DNA of 64,000 nt from assembly GCA_051294375.1 (NCBI GenBank), contig CM119264.1, positions 15,216,682 to 15,280,681 on the forward strand, given 5' to 3'. Made by a program: the position numbers and the translations under genes. The notes below the pieces were generated by a model. That model worked only from the letters and a program-made list of their open reading frames with translations. It was not told the origin of the DNA and did no database searches. Positions 12,191-25,425 of this stretch are shown piece by piece; position 1 is the stretch's first letter, and each line of letters starts with the position of its first letter. The stretch is from Paraspadella gotoi (lineage: Eukaryota; Animalia; Chaetognatha).

Positions 12191-13740
12191 TAGTCGGATC
12201 AAGCAATTCCGACTCTATAATTCACTTTGTCGGTTCGTCGGTCCCACCCCAAAATATTGTCGGTAAATCATTATTATCATATCAGAACCTCGAATTATGA
12301 TAAATTATGCAAAAAAAAATGTCTGTCCATCTGTCCGTCCCCCCTTAGCAAAAAAACTCCAATTACTCGTGATTGGATGGATGGATTGGTATGAAATTTT
12401 GTGTGTGGGTAGGAAACTGTGTGATTGAGATGGATATGAAGTTTCGATGGAATCGTGCGAGTGAAAATTGGTTAAATGGAAAAAACAAAAAATCTGTTCA
12501 TTATTTGAAACGCCAATTGCTCATGAGTGGATAGGGCAATTGACTTGAAATTTTGTATGATGGTAGGAAAAGTGTGTATTGAGCTGGATATAAAGTTTCG
12601 ATGGAATCGTGTAATTGGAAATGAGTTAAAATGGAAAAAACAAAAGTCATATTTACTTGAAGTATTTTTTATTTAAATTTACTCATAATTATTATGTTTA
12701 TTAAAAATTGATAGATAAATTGAAATGGAAATTGTGTGTGGCTAGGAAAGTATGTGATAAAGCTGGATATACATTTTTTGATGGAATCGTAGGAGTGGAA
12801 AAGAGTTCAAATTAGAAAACCAAAAATACATTTATTTGAATTTTTTAAAGTTTCTATCTTTCACTGATGGGTTGATTGATTGACCAAATTATGCCAGTTG
12901 ACCAAATTATGCCAGTTGACCCAAATTATGCCAGTTGACCAAATTATGCCAGTTGACCAAATTATGCCAGTTGACAAAATTATGCCAGTGACCAAATTAT
13001 GCCAGTTGACAAAAATTATGCCAGTTGACCAAATTATGCCAGTTGACCAAATTATGCCAGTTGACCAAATTATGCCAGTTGGACCAAATTATGCCAGTTG
13101 ACCAAATTATGCCAGTTGACCAAATTATGCCAGTTGACCAAATTATGCCAGTTGACCAAAATTATGCCAGTTGACCAAATTATGCCAGTTGACAAAAATT
13201 TATGCCAGTTGACAAATTATGCCAGTTGACAAAATTATGCCAGTTGACAAAATTATGCCAGTTGACCAATTCTACCAGTTTGACCAAATTATGCCAGTTG
13301 ACCAAATTATGCCAGTTGATCAAATTATGCAGTTGACCAAATTATGTTAATTGACCAAATTATGTTAATTGACCAAATTATGTTAATTGACCAAATTATG
13401 TCAGTTGACCAAATTATGTCAGTTGAACAAATTATGTCAGTTGAACAAATTATGTCAGTTGAACAAATTATGTCAGTTGAACAAATTATGTCAGTTGAAC
13501 AAATTATGTCAGTAGAACAATTATGTCTGTTGACCAAATTATGCAGTTGACCATATTATGTCAGTTAACCAAATTATGTCAGTTGACCAAATTATGTCAG
13601 TTGACCAAATTATGCCAGTTGACAAAATTATATCAGTTGACCAATTATGCAAGTTGATTAAATTATGCAAGTTGACTAAGTTAGCCTATTACCCACTTAA
13701 TTATCGTAGGCAGATCCGACATTGTTTGCTCAAACTTGTT
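12191..13740 (-). mobile_element. Helentron-associated (HINE / DINE-1-like) non-autonomous element
   Basis: One end AACAAG..GTCGGATCTGC, other end GTCGGATC..GATTCCGAC stem-loop, GTCC microsatellite; more copies at 18448-20430, 47929-48600, 48915-49620 and 49690-50410. Confidence 0.65.
12878..13680. repeat. 18-bp minisatellite (TTGACCAAATTATGCCAG)n
   Basis: More than 40 tandem units; the second array at 19137-20370 spans an N-gap. Confidence 0.95.
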
Positions 13741-15778
13741 TTCTTATATAGTTTTTGATTGGGCTTAGAATTTTTTTAAAATAAAAACTACTACGAATTT
13801 ACGATGGATTTTTATAAAAGTGTGCGATCATAGTAAGTTAAAAGTTTAGATATAGCTTTTTATCTTAAGATCTTTGCAATAGTCATGTTTCATGTGGTTT
13901 GAAGTTTTTTTATCTTTACGACGGTAAATTCTAACGTTTAAAACGTCGCCTGTTCAAATATTTTAACGTGAGATAACGAAGTAAAATGAATACATGGTGA
14001 CAATTTACAAGCGCCGGTAGAAATACGCTGTCATTTGCAAACCAGTGGTTATTTCATTGATTTTAAAATTTTTGTTGAGTAGAACATATTAAACTCATTA
14101 TATGTTCAAATTTTATATTGATCAGTTAAGATATGCCTTGACAATGAATAGAGAAAGTTGGCTTGTAAAATCGGGTTTTCATTTTAAAACTCACTTTTTT
14201 AGATTCAATTTTTTTCTCTTACTTTTAGTAAGTTTTCTGAAGAAATTTGAAATAAAATAATATTATTTTATTATCTTCTGAAAGCCCTTTCAAATCTAAA
14301 AAGAATGACGTACTTACAAATACTGTTAGTATAAAATTTAACTGGCCCAGCTTTAATTTAATTAGGATATTCAAAAAACGAGACATCTTTTTAAAATCAA
14401 TAGCTGGAGAGTAAATTTATGATTTTATCAAATTGTGATTGGCTATTCTTAAATCCTTTTTCTCAGGTTCTTTCATGATACTTATATAAATAATAATATT
14501 TTATATTATTATCAGATTATATAATAATAATAATAATAATAAAACAAAATAATTATAATTAAAAAAATAAAATTAAAAAATAAAATATTTATATTTTATT
14601 TATTATTAATATTTTATTATTAATATTATTATTATTATCAAAATAAAAAAATTAAAAATTTTTTTGATTTATTATATTTAATATAATTATTATATTTTAT
14701 TAAAATTAAAATTTTATTTTAATCTTATATTTTTTAATAATATCATGATAAAAAAAAATTGTCACAGTTTAGAAAAATTAATTAATTTTATTGTAAAATA
14801 TAATTTTTTATATATATACTTTTTAATATATAGTATTACCTTTTTCGGATTGAATAAAAAAGTTTATTTTTAATACTATAATTATATTTATATAAATATT
14901 TTTATATATAATATAATAAGATAAAAAATTTTAAAAATTATTTTTCTAGCATTTGGGACTCACAAGCAACACTGTGCGACAATTTTTGTTTTTAATGAAT
15001 TTTTTATTATATTGAGAAAACGCTTTTGAATTAAGCCCGCGCTCTACCTGATTTGAATAGTAAAATCAATACAGTTTCTGTCAATTGTGTTCAAAATTGA
15101 AAAAAATGAAGGCTTGACTATGCAATTTTCACCTAAAAAAACAGTTCATTTGATTGCTTTATCAAGTAATTAAGATTGCAAGAATTTTAATTTTGCTTTT
15201 TTTCATCATGTAGAGAAGACAAAGGTTTCAGAAACTACTGATATGTATGATTTGGTCTTTTTTACCCAAGGGCCAGGAGGTTTTTTTGGAATAGGGAAAA
15301 AACGGCCTGACCAATCCATTTAAATACCATTTTTGGGCATGATAAAATGGGAATTTTGATCGCGTTCTACCTCCATTGGCTTCCCAAGACGCCAAGCTTT
15401 CGAAATCTGCCCATATTGACATAATTTGTTTTGGCCTTGACTATGCAGTTTTGAATAGAAGTGAAATATTATACCACTTTATTGATAGGGAAGCCAGGTT
15501 CACTGGGAGTGAATAAATAAGACTGTGAGAGAGTCTTGATTGAAAGCTTGCAGAAACCTGCTATGTTATTATCTTGTAAGTGTGATGGAGGCCTTAAACC
15601 ACCAAAGCCTGTCCAAAGTCAGGGACAAGATAGCTTATTTATTAAATGAATGGATAATTTTTATATTGGTTGTACCAATTTCATAAAGGAATCTTGATCG
15701 GAGCTTCGATTCAAACGATGCGCAGCCCTATTTTGACGTAATTTCCCGTAAATTTAACTAAATTTAATAAAAAAAAAG

Positions 15779-16164
15779 GTTGACCGACTAACGTTTCGCG
15801 CTGAACGAAAGGTCTTTGCGGACCGACCCTTAGCGACGACAACGGCCAAATCCATGAATCGGCTCCAAACGTCCGTCGCGTCGATGACGACAAAGGTGAG
15901 TGTATATCGTATTAAATAGTGTATCAAAAGAGGCTCGATTTTGATCTTAGTACCTAGGTACCTATCTCAGTCCTTAACATCTAAACATCTGGCTTACCAA
16001 TACCATTTGTCCGATGTCGCAGATGATGTCGATCGTGGCGGAGTTGTCCATGCGAAAAGAGGAAGTACTGCGGCTGCGTCAAACAGCTACAGAACTAGAG
16101 GTCACACTTCGCCAGTGTCGAGACCGAGAAGAGTGCGGTGAAGCCCCTTGTGTCGAGTTCCAAA
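15779..16164 (+). pseudogene. Duplicated copy of the two exons at 9567-9947 (with indels)
   Basis: Same sequence and splice sites inside duplication copy 2; single-base indels break the frame. Confidence 0.5.
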
Positions 16165-18447
16165 GGTAAACGTGGAGTGACGTTGCGCATTAAGGCGTAG
16201 TAAAATTTCTATATTTAACTTAGATATAAACACATGTCTAAAAGTCGAGGACGATCAACATATTGAATAGCTAAAAACATTTATGTAATAAAAAAATATT
16301 ATAATAAATTTTACAATTTACGCAGTAGGCCATATTTATACTAGTACTAATCCAATAATTGTTAAAATTTTAAAATAGTTTTTTCTAAGATTTTTTTACA
16401 GATTTGAATTCGTCATAAAAAGTTGATAAAAAGAAATATAACCTCTTTTAGAGAAGATTCCTTCATTAAGTGGGTCAAAAATTAGAAAAAGCTGTATATT
16501 AAGTTGAAAATAACTTTTTATATATTAAATATAGTTTTTTAAATTTTTAACCCACTTATTGAAAGAATTTTCAAAAATGACTTATATTTTCTTTTATCAA
16601 CTTTTGATGAGGAATTCAAATCTGCAATCAAAAATTAAGAAAAGCCTATTTTGAAATTTTTCGATTTTATAAAGATAGTTACTATATATAAATATAGCCT
16701 ACTGCGAAAATTGAAGAACATAAAATTAATTTTTTAATAAATTAATGTTTACTGATGGTATGTTGTTCATAATTGACATTTAAAATTTTTGTGTGTAACT
16801 TTCACTACGCCTTATTGCGCATAGCTATTCATTACGTCATACCATAAAGGCTAACACGTTGGGAAACAATCAAGGACCCATATTATATGCGCGCACTTAT
16901 AAATTTTCTAACATAGACAGTAAATATAAAAAATTCAGAAGGGACCAAAAACAGTAATGCAGGAAGTCGCTATACCGAAAGACGCCAGAGATCTTGCTCT
17001 TTAATTTTTATATCAATGGGGTTGGAATGACGTCAATATTTGTTTTAAGGCCAGGGATCACTCAACCTAAAATTGTAAAGAATCTTAATTTACTGTATCT
17101 TAATCATTTTCTCATATCTTGTAAGAGGTTTTCTATTGAAAAATAATCGAAAACTTTTAAAAATCTACATAAAATGTTCATAAAAATTTAAAAAAATTTT
17201 TTTCGGTAAAACTAATTTTAAGAATAAAATAATTTTTTATATGTAAGCTAAATTTCTACAACTAAATTTTTAACTATAAAACTGATTCTTTACAGTAAGC
17301 TCAAATTCTACTTCTTATATTTAATTCTTCCTTTGGTACAAGTACATACTTGGAGTTGTATCACTAATAAGTCTAAAATAAACTACTACTACACAATTTT
17401 CCAGACGGGTTTTTTATACTTTTAGAGTTTTATGAGTTAAAAAACTTATCGAATTTATTTCAATTTGACTTTTTACTTTATGTTAATGTTTAATGAGTTT
17501 AAAGAGTACAGAATTTAAATTCTTGACGAAGTGAAGTTAAAAATGAAGAGTTGCAGCTCAAACGTTGGACTCTTCTGAAGAAAAAAATATCTTGGGCAAG
17601 AAAGGAAAGGTGGGGAGATTCTATGAGCGCGTTTTTGAAAAAATGTTTTTCGTTTCAAAGATATCAAGGAATTAATCCAAAAATTGATTAGAATAATCAA
17701 ATTTTATATGAAGGAAGGCAAATTTGAAAGTATCTTTTTCATAGAATTGGAGTTCGTAACCTTAAGTAATTCATGGCCAAATTCATGAGAAACCGCCTTA
17801 CCGTTTGGGCTGCAACCAACCACTGTTTCAAAGTAGGTTTCTTTTATTTATATAGTACCAAAAAAAACGAAAAAACGATGACGCCTTTGAAAAAATAGTA
17901 AAGTGAATACATTTTCGGAATCGACAGGAGCTCTCCTTTCGAAATCCGAGCTCAGTTTTAGCCTAATTATAATTTTAATCGGACCTCAGGTTATTTATAA
18001 ATCTTAGGAAACCCATCAAAATTCCACCCGCTTTTTTCAACATTTTTGCCTTTTGGCAGTGTCTACGAAAAGCCTTTTGTAAAGAAATGAACTGAATCTC
18101 CTGATTCTTCAAATATGAATAAAAATTTTTTTATACTTTGGAATATATCACAAAGAGTGCCAAATAATGGGGTAAATAAAGCCATTCCCTTATAAATTTG
18201 ATACAGCAAAGATAGTTTTTATTTTAAGCAAGTTTTAACTTCAAAAATCTTGTTCATTTTTGTCCATTTTCAATTTTATCACTAATTTTCGGAATGAAGA
18301 TAGAAAAAGAAAACATTTTTATTACGCTTCTTGGTTCGCCTTCATGTTCTTTCTATTGGGGTAGAAGCATTTTTATCTCGCCAGACGGGCTTAAAGGATA
18401 TAGGATCATCTCAGCTTCTTTGTGACTGCCCTTGGAATAACGCTTTT

Positions 18448-20430
18448 TAGTCGGATCAGCAGATTCCGACTCTATAATTCACTTTGTCGGTTCGTCGGTC
18501 CCACCCCAAAATATTGTCGGTAAATCATTATTATCATATCAGAACCTCGAATTATGATAAATTATGCAAAAAAAATGTCTGTCCATCTGTCCGTCCCCCC
18601 TTAGCAAAAAACTCCAATTACTCGTGATTGGATGGATGGATTGGTATGAAATTTTGTGTGTGGGTAGGAAACTGTGTGATTGAGATGGATATGAAGTTTC
18701 GATGGAATCGTGCGAGTGAAAATTGGTTTAAATGGAAAAAACAAAAAAATCTGTTTCATTATTTGAACGCCAATTGCTCATGAGTGGATAGGGCAATTGA
18801 CTTGAAATTTTGTATGATGGTAGGAAAGTGTGTGATTGAGCTGGATATAAAGTTTCGATGGAATCGTGTAATTGGAAATGAGTTAAAATGGAAAAAACAA
18901 AAGTCATATTTACTTGAAGTATTTTTATTTAAATTTACTCATAATTATTATGTTTATTAAAAATTGAATAGATAAATTGAAATGGAAATTTGTGTGTGGC
19001 TAGGAAAGTATGTGATAAAGCTGGATATACATTTTTTGATGGAATCGTAGGAGTGGAAAAGAGTTCAAATTAGAAAACCCAAAAATACATTTATTTGAAT
19101 TTTTTAAAGTTTCTATCTTTCACTGATGGGTTGATTGATTGACCAAATTATGCCAGTTGACCAAATTATGNNNNNNNNNNNNNNNNNNNNNNNNNNNNNN
19201 NNNNNNNNNNNNNNNNNNNNNNNNNNNNNNNNNNNNNNNNNNNNNNNNNNNNNNNNNNNNNNNNNNNNNNNNNNNNNNNNNNNNNNNNNNNNNNNNNNNN
19301 NNNNNNNNNNNNNNNNNNNNNNNNNNNNNNNNNNNNNNNNNNNNNNNNNNNNNNNNNNNNNNNNNNNNNNNNNNNNNNNNNNNNNNNNNNNNNNNNNNNN
19401 NNNNNNNNNNNNNNNNNNNNNNNNNNNNNNNNNNNNNNNNNNNNNNNNNNNNNNNNNNNNNNNNNNNNNNNNNNNNNNNNNNNNNNNNNNNNNNNNNNNN
19501 NNNNNNNNNNNNNNNNNNNNNNNNNNNNNNNNNNNNNNNNNNNNNNNNNNNNNNNNNNNNNNNNNNNNNNNNNNNNNNNNNNNNNNNNNNNNNNNNNNNN
19601 NNNNNNNNNNNNNNNNNNNNNNNNNNNNNNNNNNNNNNNNNNNNNNNNNNNNNNNNNNNNNNNNNNNNNNNNNNNNNNNNNNNNNNNNNNNNNNNNNNNN
19701 NNNNNNNNNNNNNNNNNNNNNNNNNNNNNNNNNNNNNNNNNNNNNNNNNNNNNNNNNNNNNNNNNNNNNNNNNNNNNNNNNNNNNNNNNNNNNNNNNNNN
19801 NNNNNNNNNNNNNNNNNNNNNNNNNNNNNNNNNNNNNNNNNNNNNNNNNNNNNNNNNNNNNNNNNNNNNNNNNNNNNNNNNNNNNNNNNNNNNNNNNNNN
19901 NNNNNNNNNNNNNNNNNNNNNNNNNNNNNNNNNNNNNNNNNNNNNNNNNNNNNNNNNNNNNNNNNNNNNNNNNNNNNNNNNNNNNNNNNNNNNNNNNNNN
20001 NNNNNNNTGACCAAATTATGTTAATTGACCAAATTAATTCAGATTGACCAAATTATTTCGTTGACCATTAGCAGTTAGAACAAATTACTGTTCAGAATTG
20101 AAAAAAATTAGTGGTATGTGTTTTTGAACCAAAATTAACTGTCACTTTTTAACAGATTATCAGTTGAACAAATTATGTCAGTTGAACAAATTATGTCAGT
20201 AGAACAAATTATGTCTGTTGACCAAATTATGCCAGTTGACCATATTATGTCAGTTAACCAAATTATGTCAGTTGACCAAATTATGTCAGTTGACCAAATT
20301 ATGCCAGTTGACAAAATTATATCAGTTGACCAAATTATGCAAGTTGATTAAATTATGCAAGTTGACTAAGTTAGCCTATTACCACTTAATTATCGTAGGC
20401 AGATCCGACATTGTTTGCTCAAACTTGTTT
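18448..20430 (-). mobile_element. HINE-like element with 18-bp minisatellite (duplicate copy)
   Basis: Same termini as 12191-13740. Confidence 0.65.
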
Positions 20431-22030
20431 CTTATATAGTTTTGATTGGGCTTAGAATTTTTTTAAAATAAAAACTACTACGAATTACGATGGATTTTTA
20501 TAAAAGTGTGCGATCATAGTAAGTTAAAAGTTTAGATATAGCTTTTTATCTTTAAGATCTTTGCAATAGTCATGTTTCATGTGGTTTGAAGTTTTTTTAT
20601 CTTTACGACGGTAAATTCTAACGTTTAAAACGTCGCCTGTTCAAATATTTTAACGTGAGATTAACGAAGTAAAATGAATACATGGTGACAATTTTACAAG
20701 CGCCGGTAGAAATACGCTGTCATTTGCAAACCAGTGGTTATTTCATTGATTTTAAAATTTTGTTGAGTAGAACATATTAAACTCATTTATATGTTCAAAT
20801 TTTATATTGATCAGTTAAGATATGCCTTGACAATGAATAGAGAAAGTTGGCTTGTAAAATCGGGTTTCATTTTAAAACTCACTTTTTTTAGATTCAATTT
20901 TTTTCTCTTACTTTTAGTAAGTTNNNNNNNNNNNNNNNNNNNNNNNNNGAAGTTTTTTTATCTTTACGACGGTAAATTCTAACGTTTAAAACGTCGCCTG
21001 TTCAAATATTTTAACGTGAGATTAACGAAGTAAAATGAATACATGGTGACAATTTAAAGCGCCGGTAGAAATACGCTGTCATTGCAAACAGTGGTTATTT
21101 CATTGATTTTAAAATTTTGTTGAGTAGAACATATTAAACTCATTTATATGTTCAAATTTTATATTGATCAGTTAAGATATGCCTTGACAATGAATAGAGA
21201 AAGTTGGCTTGTAAAATCGGTTTCATTTTAAAACTCACTTTTTTAGATTCAATTTTTTTCTCTTACTTTTAGTAAGTTTTCTGAAGAAATTTGAATAAAA
21301 TAATATTATTTTATTATCTTCTGAAAGCCCTTTCAAATCTAAAAAGAATGACGTACTTACAAATACTGTAGTATAAAATTTAACTGGCCAGCTTTAATTT
21401 AATTAGGATATTCAAAAACGAGACATCTTTTAAAAATCAATAGCTGGAGAGTAAATTTATGATTTTTATCAAATTGTGATTGGCTATCTTAAATCCTTTT
21501 TTCTCAGGTTCTTTCATGATACATTATAAATAATAATATTTTATGTTATAATAATTTAAACAGGTCATATATTTTGAAAAAAGATTTAAAATTTTAAATA
21601 ATTCACTCTTAATTAAGGGATTTCTGAGGATATTAATATTGTTAAGATTCTAATAAACACTTTGTTTAAAAAAGTGCTAAAAGTTTTTGGCTTGTAAAAT
21701 CGGGTTTCATTTTCCAACTCAATTTTTTTTAAAAAACTTTTAGCACTTTTTTAAACNNNNNNNNNNNNNNNNNNNNNNNNNNNNNNNNNNNNNNNNNNNN
21801 NNNNNNNNNNNNNNNNNNNNNNNNNNNNNNNNNNNNNNNNNNNNNNCTTTCTCCACTCATCGTCAAGGCATATCTTAACTGATCAACATAAAATTTGAAC
21901 ACAACTAATTTTTAAAATCAATGAAATAACCACTGGTTTGCAAATGACAGCATATTTCTATCGGCGCTTGTAAAATTGTCACCAAGTAATTATAAGTTTA
22001 TAGATTTAAAATTTTTTTTATAAATAAACT

Positions 22031-22102
22031 TAGAGAAAACAAAGTTTGTTTGTTTGATAACAACGATTTTTATTATCAAACAAACAAACTTTGTTTTCTC
22101 TA
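22031..22102. repeat. Short palindrome made of the 3' tails of the hammerhead element family
   Basis: TAGAGAAAACAAAGTTTG..CAAACTTTGTTTTCTCTA; same terminus as 41869-42293. Confidence 0.55.
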
Positions 22103-23490
22103 TATATACACAACGAAAAGAGAGGAAATAACATAATATAAATAAACTATAAATATAATTATATAATATAACTATATAATATAAAATATAGATTTTATTT
22201 GTATATTATTAAACGCAAAAAATATTTGTTAAAGCTCGTAAAAAAATGAGTTTTCCTGGGATAAGATTGTTTCTACTTTGCTTTTATAAACGCAACTGAT
22301 TTGAGCCGTGAGTTTCACAAAGTAACAAAGATACTGGCTGGGATAATAACCAAATTAAAAGGAATGGCGAAGCAAATCTTTGTACATATGGATTCAAGTA
22401 TTTTTTATTTGATTTTCTTTCTCATTATTATTTACTGCAATATATAAATTACTTTTTATAATATGCAAATTAGTATATAGAATATTATATTCTAATTTGC
22501 ATATTGCAGTAAATGTTATTGAAAAAAAAAATTGTGCAAAAAATACTTGAATCAATATGAAACATGTGATTTTCAAGGATTTTTTTGATGAGAAGCTATA
22601 TTTAAATTTTAATGAAAATACATATTTTTACAACTTCCAATTAAAAAAAATTAAACAATTTCCAATTGTAAAAGTTGTGATATTTTTAGTTTTTCTTTTA
22701 TTTCTTTAAATTATATATTTCTTTCTTTTGTCAGGCGCTGCCTCTTCTGATTCGTCTAAAAACAAATTCAGTTCTACAGCGGTTAGATTTCTCTTTTTTT
22801 CTTTTTCTCTTTCTTTCTCTTTTTCACTCATACACACATTTGTTTGTTTTATTTATGATAAATAATTTATCGCATCAATGAATTACAATCATCACATCAA
22901 TGAATGACTATCATCGCAAGAATGAATAATTATTATCACATCAATGAATTACTATTACATCAATCAATAAATTATTATTACATCAATCAATTACTATTGA
23001 ATTAATAATTCGTTATCGCATCAATCTTTTTTTTTCATTAATTTTCGTCTGCAATGGTATTTTTTTCATTTAATCATTTAGACTTACTGAACATTCTTTA
23101 AATTAATTGAAACTAATGCAAAATATTCCCCACATGATAAGCTAATTATATCTTTAATGTTAAGAAATAAGCTTCATTCATCGGAAGAAAGTTGAATTTT
23201 TTTAAGCAAGGTTTTTGCCTCGGTCATGCCACCAAATTCGATTTCGATAGGTTAACTGACTAGTAAATGGTCTTGCGGGATTTTGACCAGAAAAGATCAC
23301 TAAAATTACACCTTTCTTTCTTATCTTTCGACCTCTCTTTTAATTCTCTAAAATAAAAAAACTTTTTTCTCTATCCTACCGTCATTTTCCTACACCATGT
23401 CAATTGCATTAAATGATAGGGCGTTTGAAAGCTAGTCGTTTCACCTTTATCATATCCAAAAGCCAAATACTAATTTTTTTATACACAGTA

Positions 23491-24051
23491 CATGGTGACA
23501 ATTTTACAAGCGCCGGTAAAAAAACACTGTCATTTGCAAACCAGTGATTATTTCATTGATTTTAAAAATTAGTTGAGTAGAAAATATTAAAGTAATTTAT
23601 ATGTTCAAATTTTATATTGATCAGTTAAGATATGCCTTGACAGTGAATCTGGTCTTAAAATTTAAAATTTCTCAAAAAATTTTTGACCTTTCCTATCTAT
23701 AAATAAATATTAAAAAAATAATTACTAGGGTATAGAGCCATATAAGAAATTTTTTGTCCATTGAAAGTAAACTTAAAAATGTATAAATTTTTGTTTGAGT
23801 TTGTACTCACTCTAAAATTTTGACTCACCCCATTGAGTGCGGCTACAAACAGTGAGTTTGAAAATGAAACCCGATTTTGCAAACCAACTTTCTCCACTCA
23901 TTGTCAAGGCATAACTTAACTGATCAATATAAAATTTGAACACATATATTACTTTAATATTTTCTTATCAACTATTTTTTTAAATCAATGAAATAACCAC
24001 TAGTTTGCAAATGACAGCTTTTTTTACCGGCGCTTTAAAATTGTTACCATG
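23491..24051. mobile_element. Tc1/mariner-like MITE with long TIRs
   Basis: TA|CATGGTGACAATTTT..AAAATTGTTACCATG|TA, ~150-bp inverted arms; related arms at ~13993, ~20681 and 21040-21985. Confidence 0.75.
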
Positions 24052-24085
24052 TAGGGTGGACTAAAATCCAAAAACCGTTCATCAC

Positions 24086-24191
24086 CCGCCATTGGTGCAG
24101 GAGTCAAGTAATTCGCCTCCCAACCCGAAGGTCCGGGGTTCTATTCCGGTGGTCGCCTAGCAGTTATGAGGGACGGGTCGCTAAACCCCCT
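24086..24191 (+). mobile_element. tRNA-derived SINE head, interrupted by a solo LTR and continuing after 24985
   Basis: A-box TGGTGCAGGAG (24093), B-box GGTTCTATTCC (24137); acceptor stem is poor, so not a functional tRNA. Confidence 0.55.
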
Positions 24192-24980
24192 TGTTTTGAA
24201 CTAAGTTCGGAGAAGTGGCGTCTTTGAATTCTAACTGACTGGACTAATTCTGCGCATTGAAGACCAGATGGAATTGGGTATAAAATGGCGCAGAAGAGAC
24301 GATGGCGCCGGTCCAGACGCCCTGGAGATGCTGACGACAAAGTCTCAGTAGACGACGTCGGCTAAGGCCGAAATGACGACTATCTACGAAGCCCAGGACT
24401 TGACAAATGTAGATGTAAGTCTGATGCTGCTTGTGTAGTTGTAAAGTCGTTGTAGGAGAGGGTAGTAGTCTAAGAAGTCGTAGTTAGAAGTCCTGGGCAA
24501 GGAATAACAAAACATTTATCACAAACTCAGCAAATATATATAAATTTTAAAGTGTCTTTCTTACTTGTTTCTGAAGCCAATATTAACCATAAAAGAGATG
24601 CTTCTCTTCATAGAAAAGTCCACCAAACCAGCGATCACACAAAAAATAAGATTCGAGATATCTGATAAGAGTTTCTAATGCTCTGAAAAAGAACTAAAAA
24701 CCCAGTGACAACGTTGAGATCTGAGGATGCCACGTGGGTAGAATTCGATTAGAATCTCAATCGAAATCTATCGAAATCACGGGCACCAATCAGAATCAGC
24801 TGTACACTGCCTTCGGAATTCTGTACTTAGGTATAAACAAAAGAGAGAGCCTAAAGATGTCGTGTCGATCGCTAGAATGGAAGCATTTTCGATGTCAGTA
24901 ATAAAGAGCAAAAGAGCAACGGGGAAAAGGTAGAGAAGCTGGATTTTCCTCGAAATATTAGAGATAGTTATTTCGTAACA
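24192..24980 (-). mobile_element. Solo LTR (BEL/Pao-like family)
   Basis: TGTT..AACA termini flanked by the 5-bp TSD CCCCT; homologous to 566-1357. Confidence 0.9.
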
Positions 24981-25425
24981 CCCCTTGTATCACGATATTA
25001 CAGCCTGATCCGAAGCTCAAGGACTGCTTATATTGAATGGTTCTGAAATTAACTCATAAAAATTATTATTGTCTCTGCAACAGTAATATAATTTTTCCTT
25101 AACGCAGTCCACATATTTTTCCTTTAAGAATTTGACAAAAATGATTTTTTCACTTTCAGTCACTCGTTTACCCAAGTTTATTACAAGTGACAATATCTAT
25201 GGGTTTTGGTAGGTCAAGAAAAGTTTCCTTGATGCACACTTAAAGGACAGTTAATCCGATTAATTGCGATTCTTAACATAAACTAACTAACAATTTCTTT
25301 AAAAATTTTTGTGTCATTCGCGTTACTAGTTACAAGCCGCTACAATGTATTCGCAAAAGGAAACATACTAACCTTAGTTTCCATCTTTGTAAATTTATTT
25401 AATTTTATTTTCCAAACTTCATATT

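Larger units (their letters stand above)
7625..21545. repeat. Tandem segmental duplication, two ~6.3-6.9 kb copies joined at ~14490
   Basis: Colinear near-identity (e.g. 9480-9960 vs 15695-16190; 12190-12880 vs 18448-19140). Differences are mostly homopolymer indels plus a ~640-bp block present only in copy 1. Confidence 0.9.

Noticed and set aside
12880-13758. ORFs with QIMPVD / TKLCQL / STDIIC repeats
   Set aside because: These are translations of the 18-bp minisatellite; frequent indels break the frame.
19135-20047. Long ORFs of about 290 aa
   Set aside because: They consist of N-gap (X) residues.
20949-21290. Extra ~340-bp direct repeat of 20590-20923
   Set aside because: It flanks a 25-N gap and is most likely an unmerged contig overlap.
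24086-24160. Functional tRNA-Gly(CCC)
   Set aside because: A and B boxes are present, but the acceptor and anticodon stems pair poorly and the sequence continues as a SINE-like body.
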